DNA from: Eledone cirrhosa
Lineage: Eukaryota
Length of the DNA stretch: 64,000 bases
Reading direction: 5' to 3'
Assembly (NCBI GenBank): GCA_964016885.1
Contig: OZ024742.1
Span: 36,766,001-36,830,000 of the forward strand
Position numbers and translations under genes: made by a program. This document shows positions 56,693-64,000 of this stretch, one piece after another (the first letter of the stretch is position 1; every line of letters starts with the position of its first letter). Below the pieces are notes generated by a model. That model had not been told where the DNA came from. It did no database searches and was given only the letters and a program-made list of their open reading frames with translations.

Positions 56693-58652
56693 TGTAGCGG
56701 TTGTCTCCCTTGTTTTGATTGGGATCTAGACGGGAAGTGGAACCCTTTCTGCAACTTCCGGTCAGAGCCCTATAAAACTAACAACTTTAAGCTTCCTTTC
56801 TCTCTTTGCCTTTTCGGCACCAGGTCAAGAGTCTTCTCATTTGGCTCTGCCATTAATTTGGCCAACAGGCGCCTGGCCTTAGCCAGGCGCCCTCTGCCAG
56901 CCGCATTTGCCTGGCAATCAAAACGGTAACTACTAACTTTGTTTCATTCTAACATCTATCTTTGACATGTCAAGTATACTATCTACCCTCGCTATATTGG
57001 TAACCCTGACGTGATACGAACACGCAGCCGTTCATCGCTATAAGGGTCACCCCCCCCCCCCCCCCCAAAAAAGAAAAAAATAGCACATCTGGTTTTGTGA
57101 GTAACATTACGAATACACAGCAAATTTAGCGACAAACTATGAAAATACTCAAGGACACGCACACACGCACATGTGGAATTCGCCCAGACATACTTTTTCT
57201 CTCACGCATCAATTAACTGTCGCATTTCACCAATATATATATATATGTTTCTCGTTTCTTACAACGAACACTTTCAAAACAAAAAAAAACATTTCACGAT
57301 ATATATACATGTTTCTCGTTTCTTACAACGAACTCTTTCAAAACACAAAAAAAAAAAGAAATTTGATATTCTTTAAAAAACATTTCAACAGGAACATTTA
57401 TTTTCGATGAACCATTGCCTTTTGTTCATCGTTCTAGTTTTTTGTTTTTTTCCAGAGTTCACACCAATAATTATGCTGAGTGAAGCCTTTCTTTTTCATC
57501 ATTGTCACTTTCAAAATTGCACTATCATTTTCTCGCGCGTTAGAAATATTTTTTTTCAACCTTGTATTGGCACGTGTAGGCAGCATAAATTCTCGATTCA
57601 CTGAGATGTCTCTACTCACAGACAGCCGCACGCCAGAGATAGCATTTCTCCCCCAAGGATTCTTCAGCCTTAAGCTATATTCTTCTATTTACCGGTTTAT
57701 AAATTTACAATGTAAATTTACAGTTGATAACCGCGCATTTATTAGGAATGCTTATTTCTCTGGTCGCTGGCCTCTTGACCCTTCCAGGTCAACGCATTCT
57801 CAACATCGACCATCAACTTCGGCTACTATTTCTAGCACTTTGCGCAACTCATTTTTTCTAAAAAAAAAATTTTTTACTGTGAATTTAAACACCGAATACG
57901 CTCACTCAGCGAGACAACAGCAGCAGCAACAGCAATACATCAATACAGCTTCACCAAAGCCAGAGAATTCATTTTTGCAGCACTCTTCCTGTGAGAAAAT
58001 CCATTCGGAGGTTGGAAATTTCACGATATACCACAGAACAGAAACCACCTGCATTCATTCTCTGGAACACACTTTCTTTCCTGCTGTCATGTGATTGCAC
58101 ACCTGTGAACTATATTTTGAACTTTGAGCTCTTCTATTACTTTTACTTTATTACATTGTATCTTTGGGTGATGGATAGATGGATGTCCAGTCGTTCTCTG
58201 GCCAAGAGCGGTTGGCTACCTTGATATCTATCATTGATTTTTCCAGACATTCTTTTGTCGTAATTTTCATGCCTGTTACAACATTCTCGCCAACTTGCTA
58301 CATATTTTCATTTCGATTTTTATACACTAAAATTCTGGCGGGAGGTTATGTAGCGGTTGTCTCCCTTGTTTTGATTGGGATCTAGACGGGAAGTGGAACC
58401 CTTTCTGCAACTTCCGGTCAGAGCCCTATAAAACTAACAACTTTAAGCTTCCTTTCTCTCTTTGCCTTTTCGGCACCAGGTCAAGAGTCTTCTCATTTGG
58501 CTCTGCCATTAATTTAGCCAACAGGCGCCTGGCCTTAGCCAGGCGCCCTCTGCCAGCCGCGTTTGCCTGGCAATCAAAACGGTAACTACTAACTTTGTTT
58601 CATTCTAACATCTATCTTTGACATGTCAAGTATACTATCTACCCTCGCTATA
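56693..58652 (+). mobile_element. Non-autonomous LTR retroelement (probably Gypsy-derived), 304-bp LTRs at 56693-56996 and 58349-58652
   Basis: LTRs differ at 2 sites seen; ends TGTAGCG...CGCTATA; 4-bp TSD TATG; tRNA-Trp PBS from 56998; purine tract GGCGGGAGG before the 3' LTR; 1.35-kb interior with no pol. Confidence 0.95.
56998..57029 (+). promoter_or_regulatory. Primer-binding site complementary to tRNA-Trp(CCA), extended to 32 nt
   Basis: TGGTAACCCTGACGTGATACGAACACGCAGCC versus recalled metazoan tRNA-Trp reverse complement TGGTGACCCCGACGTGATTCGAACACGCAGCC (29/32). Confidence 0.85.
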
Positions 58653-58969
58653 TATGTATAAAGACACACAATCTATCTGTATCTAACTTTTGGTTTATCT
58701 CTGTCAATAGTTTATCTCTATCTCCATGTATGTATACATACATCTTTTTCCTGCACCGTCACCGCCACCTCTCCAGACTTCCTAACACAGTTTTTCGTCT
58801 TTGAACAATAAGCATATTATACCTTTGCGGAGGGAAGTAGAAATATTAACTGCGGAGATTGATGCCAGCAGTGAGCTGAACTTATTCAAGGCATGTATTG
58901 ACTGGCTGGTCTGTTGGTATATATGTGCATTTGGGTGTTATGTATATATGGAGTGGCAGATATATATGC

Positions 58970-59012
<43 letters not shown>

Positions 59013-59068
59013 CAACAACTGCTTGTGCTGTATGATACACACACGTGCACTTATATATAAATATATAT

Positions 59069-59210
59069 ATAGGAACGAGTAGGACCCCGACGGCTGAGCT
59101 CAAGCCGTTTCGACGGCTAATTCTGGACTAAATATTGATAAATGTTGATAGTCCAGAATTAGCCGTCGAAACGGCTTGAGCTCAGCCGTCGGGGTCCTAC
59201 TCGTTCCTAT
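59069..59210. repeat. Perfect 62-bp-arm inverted repeat (59069-59130 / 59149-59210) containing the 3' half of a hammerhead motif
   Basis: Arms are reverse complements; CCGTC-GAAA-CGGCTTGAGCTCAGCCG-TC-GGGG present, no CTGATGA; between (TA)n tracts. Confidence 0.9.
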
Positions 59211-59286
59211 TACCCACTCTACTACCTTAAGTATTGAGTACTTTGGTGCGTTATGGTCCACCTGGTTCCTTACCACATTTCCTTCG

Positions 59287-59379
<93 letters not shown>

Positions 59380-60314
59380 GAGGTTATATTTAATTTGTTG
59401 GGATTCAACAAGCTTAAAAAATGTTATTACTGATATAAAGCACTCAACAGATTAGTGGAGTAAATACACAATATATTAATAAATCATATATATGATTCAT
59501 ATATATTTAATTTACTTTCTATTATCTCTACCTCATAAATATACTTTATATTATTACATTTATCAATAGATTATAACCTTTTTTTATATGACTACTTGAA
59601 ATTCTTTTAAGGAAAATTTTCCTTGAAAAACTTTCTGAAGGTTTTAGAAAATTCTTTGAAAGTTCCTTTGAAAGATATAGAAAAACCATTAATTTCATAT
59701 CTTCCAATATTTTATATCTTCAAACATTTTTAAAATATGTATCCAAATATTTATATATATGTGGAATAACATATGATTTTTATATATATGTGGAATAACC
59801 TATGGTTTATGTTTTAATTATATTCCTAAGATAAATTTATGACTTCTTATAAAATAACATATGGTTTATGTTTTAATTATATTCTTAAGATAAATTTTTT
59901 TAACTTTATAACATTTATGACTTCTCATAAAAAAATTTAAAAAACTAAAAAAAATAAAAATAAATTTTTTTTTTAAAGGCTTTTTTATGTATCCTTGGAG
60001 TCATTTGAGTTCTTAAAAAATCACTTCTAACTTCCTTTATACTTCATTACTGTTTTTATAATATAATTAAGTAGTTATTCCTTTGGAAACTCTCGTAAAT
60101 TTTCATAAATTTAGAATTATTTGTATGTTTAAGTTTTGACTTACAACTATTAATAAATATAATTTTGCCAAACTTACTTTAATAAAATAAACTATGCTAG
60201 ATTTTCTCTAATGTAAAATACTATATATTTATTTAAATAATTTATAATCCATAACATACACATCTAAACCAATATAGTATTACTAATACATCTTAATATA
60301 ATATAAATACTTCT

Positions 60315-60490
60315 GTTTTAATTTTAATTTTTAATTTTTAATTTTTAATATTAATATTAAATTAAATCTTTAATATTAAAGCAAATTTTAATCTTTAATT
60401 TTGATTTTTAATTTTTAATTTTTAATTTTTAATTTTTAATTTTTAATTTTTAATTTTTAATTTTTAATTTTTAATTTTAATCTAATTTTT
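60315..60490. repeat. (TAATTTT)n-type AT-rich tandem repeat
   Basis: Read directly. Confidence 0.9.
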
Positions 60491-60939
60491 CAACCTATCG
60501 TTATAAATATTATAATCACAACGTAATGAACCATACATTATAAATATTCTTCTTCCACGTTAATCTTATTTCTTCTTTCACTTCTTCTTTCACTTTACGC
60601 TATGTATATTTTTCCATTAAAACTTATTTCTTCATTCACTCTGCCTTTCTTCATTCACTCTGCCTTTCTTCACTATCACTATGTATAATCGTTCTTTCTT
60701 TCCTCTTCTCTCTTTCTCCTTACTTTTCTTTTTTCTCTCTCCCTTACATATCATCTTCTTCCAACAGTTTAGTTTAAATAAACCGTTATCTTTTCAACTT
60801 TTCGGACACCCATTTGCATACTCACTCATAACTTTGTATTACCCTCAATAAAATATTATCTCCACTATCCAGGAAGCTCCAACCGTTAAGGTTGTCTTTT
60901 TTTCCGGGTATGTCAATATTTATTTATAAAACAAATCTG

Positions 60940-61005
60940 TATTTTATCTGATGAAAGCGCACCATAATTTGCCTTGGTTGCCCTTGAAATATATATAATA
61001 AAATA
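60940..61005 (+). ncRNA. Type-I hammerhead ribozyme, best-preserved canonical copy
   Basis: TATTTTAT-CTGATGA(60948-60954)-AAGCGCACC...GGTTGCCCTT-GAAA(60986-60989)-TATATA-TA-ATAAAATA. 8-bp stem I, extended by ATTTATAAAAC / GTTTTATAAAT. Confidence 0.8.
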
Positions 61006-61047
61006 AATATGGTTTTATAAATATAGTTTCCATTTATCAATATATTG

Positions 61048-61645
<598 letters not shown>

Positions 61646-61987
61646 ACAAATACAAAGCATATGCACATGCACACATACAACTCAAAACATACACATCCAC
61701 ACATACATTAACATCCATACCTGCACATGCATGTATGGATGTAGATATGCATACATATCTACTTAGTTGATGTTGTGTAAATTCCAATGAGAGAGTCTTG
61801 TGTCTATGTTAGAAACCGGCTCTCTATTGGTAAACATTTGTAAAATTATAAGACTAGAAGAACATACATACATACATGCATGCATACATACATACATACA
61901 TGCATGCATACATACATACATACATACATACATACATACATACATACATACATACATACATACATACATGTATGTATACGTACATAC

Positions 61988-62518
61988 ATGGTGGCTGCCA
62001 ACTCGTTTTCGAGTACGGCCACTACTTTATATCCATGTAGGAGAACCCTTACCGATGCGCTGAACGAGTGTGACTTTTTAGTCCAGCCAGCGACTTGAAA
62101 ACTCTGGTACAAACACTACACTTGTGACAATTATTGACACATAGTGCTGGGCCCATGGTACCATGTGACGACAAGTGCACAAAGCCAGTCCCACTCTCTT
62201 AACCAAGATGATATTTACCAAAAAGAAGAACAAGTCAACATCATTGGATACTATCAGGGTTGCAGGTGTTATATCAGAGTTTTCCTTCTCCTAGAATTCT
62301 GCCTTGACAAAGGCTAAGGGGTCATCTCTCCCGGTGATTTTGGATGGCCATTGACTCTTAAGAGCTCCTTTGCCATTTGACAGGTTTTGTTTTTAGTCCT
62401 GCAGGATGTCCAAAGTCACCCTCCTCACCAAGAATCCTTGGTGGGGTTGCCAGTTTAGTCGCCAACGACCCGACCATGAGACAGGTTCTACTGGGATACA
62501 TGTTACCAGTAGCACCAA
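61988..62518. mobile_element. (CATA)n-flanked dispersed repeat, longer copy; possibly a LINE UTR derivative
   Basis: Inverse match to 49607-49935; bounded on both sides by (CATA)n. Confidence 0.8.
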
Positions 62519-62983
62519 CATACATACATACATACATACATACATACATACATACATACATACATACATACATACATCTGGAATACCGACCAATCGAAAC
62601 TCAGGATATTTCCGGATGTTAAACACCCCTCAGAGTACAACCATCATAATTATCATCATCATCGACATCATCAACATCATCATCATCATCATCATCATCA
62701 CCACCATGAAGATTTTTCCTCGTCTGCTTCCTTCAGTTCAGTTCATTTCAAATACGATTCATTGTGTATGTGTGCATCTTTGTATGTGTATGTGCATGTG
62801 TATGCACATGCTGTATGTACATAGTTATATGTGTGTGTGTGGGTGTTTTTGTAATTGGGAGGGTGAGGTCCATGTCTGCTCCCCCGCCTGCTAGCAAGCC
62901 TCTTATTCACAGATCACTACCACTAAGTAGAGCTCCTGGGATGAATTATAGTGTTTAAGTCTCCCTTGCCAGTACACAACGTC

Positions 62984-63071
<88 letters not shown>

Positions 63072-63510
63072 CTCTTTCACATCAAAACTCATGCCAAGCC
63101 CCACCGTAGCTACAAACGGTAACCCGGTGCATGGCAGGTCTCTGACTAACTAGGCAGGGGATATCGGTGCAGTAGTATGTTGGAAGCTCTGTAGGAAGGG
63201 GCAATACCCACAACCTTCACACGTAATCCGAGGCCGGATAAATTGCTGCCGTTGCTGCTCTGTTTAAACTGTTTCAAGTCCACTCGGCAATTACACCGGC
63301 TTCCCCACCATACCCTCTCTAGCGAGGAGGGGAAACACAGCAACACAAAAACATGTGCTGTCAAAGGGTGCTCTAGAAACGCCGTGAGTCAGTATGGTGC
63401 CTCTGCGACACCATCAAGAGTTACGGGACCATACCATACATAGAGCTAATAAGTCCTGATAGATCAGGACAGGTATCTAGTATCCCTTACAGTTAAGAAA
63501 CAAAAACAAG

Positions 63511-64000
63511 ATAATAATAATAATGAAATTATTGTGTACAGTACTCAGGTGCACTACAACTCATCAAAGGTGCATGTATAGTACATAGAATAATGTACAA
63601 ATGTCAGGAAAATGAACAGTGTACGAGTCATGATATACATGTGTGCGTGTGTATGGAGGGGCGATATTAGGTGTAGTGTTGGTGAATCTCAGGAAGCATG
63701 GAGGTTTTAAAGGATGCAGTGTCTCAGCAGCTAACAACTGATGCAGGTAGTTTGTTCCATGGATGTTTTAAAGGATGCAGTGTCTCAGCAGCTAACAACT
63801 GATGCAGGTAGTTTGTTCCATGGAGGTTTTAAAGGATGCAGTGTCTCAGCAGCTAACAACTGATGCAGGTAGTTTGTTCCATGGAGGTTTTAAAGGATGC
63901 AGTGTCTCAGCAGCTAACAACTGATGCAGGTAGTTTGTTCCATGCTCAGCAACTCTGAGCGTGAAAAGATGTTTCACAAAGTAATGGGAGCTGTGCTGTT
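63511..64000 (-). mobile_element. CR1-clade LINE 3' end with (TTA)n tail and a 4x 61-bp internal tandem repeat (63697-63944)
   Basis: Minus strand, joining a frameshift: KHLFTLRVAE.WNKLPASVVSC*DTASFKTSMLPEIHQHYT*, the FF..RV...WN.LP..VV C-terminal pattern. Confidence 0.85.

Noticed and set aside
57480-58094. 204-aa ORF as gag or cargo gene
   Set aside because: No ATG start and no recognisable motif; lies in the degenerate LTR-element interior.
62400-62518. HDV-like ribozyme at the end of the (CATA)n-flanked repeat
   Set aside because: Only simple hairpins found (CTACTGG/CCAGTAG, CACCAAG/CTTGGTG); pseudoknot could not be assembled.
63080-63480. GC-richer segment after (CT)n as an exon or LINE 5' region
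   Set aside because: No motif recognised in any frame; left unannotated.

Overview
Eukaryotic, repeat-saturated window with no supportable host gene. The SINE and CR1 sequences resemble octopus families, so the source is probably a coleoid cephalopod (inference, not searched). Bases 1-27.3 kb are one giant (ACC)n-derived ~33-bp minisatellite with nested higher-order duplications; it produces all the giant ORFs in the track. 27.4-35.8 kb is a pogo/Tigger-like DNA transposon holding a hAT MITE, SINEs and a 5.5-kb GT-spacer satellite. The remainder is TE debris set in microsatellites: CRE-like, R4-like, RTE, Tx1/L1, CR1 and Neptune-type Penelope fragments, a Helitron helicase fragment, a mariner MITE and a young non-autonomous LTR element. 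The most interesting signals are not in the ORF track. (i) Several type-I hammerhead ribozyme motifs, one with a U3-A8 core variant, sit in (TA)n-flanked elements, often fold-backs, probably Penelope pseudo-LTR derivatives. (ii) The LTR element has a tRNA-Trp primer-binding site extended to 32 nt with a mismatch opposite A58. Nothing here is shown to be a new system; these are unusual cases of known TE biology that need testing. All alignments were done by eye.
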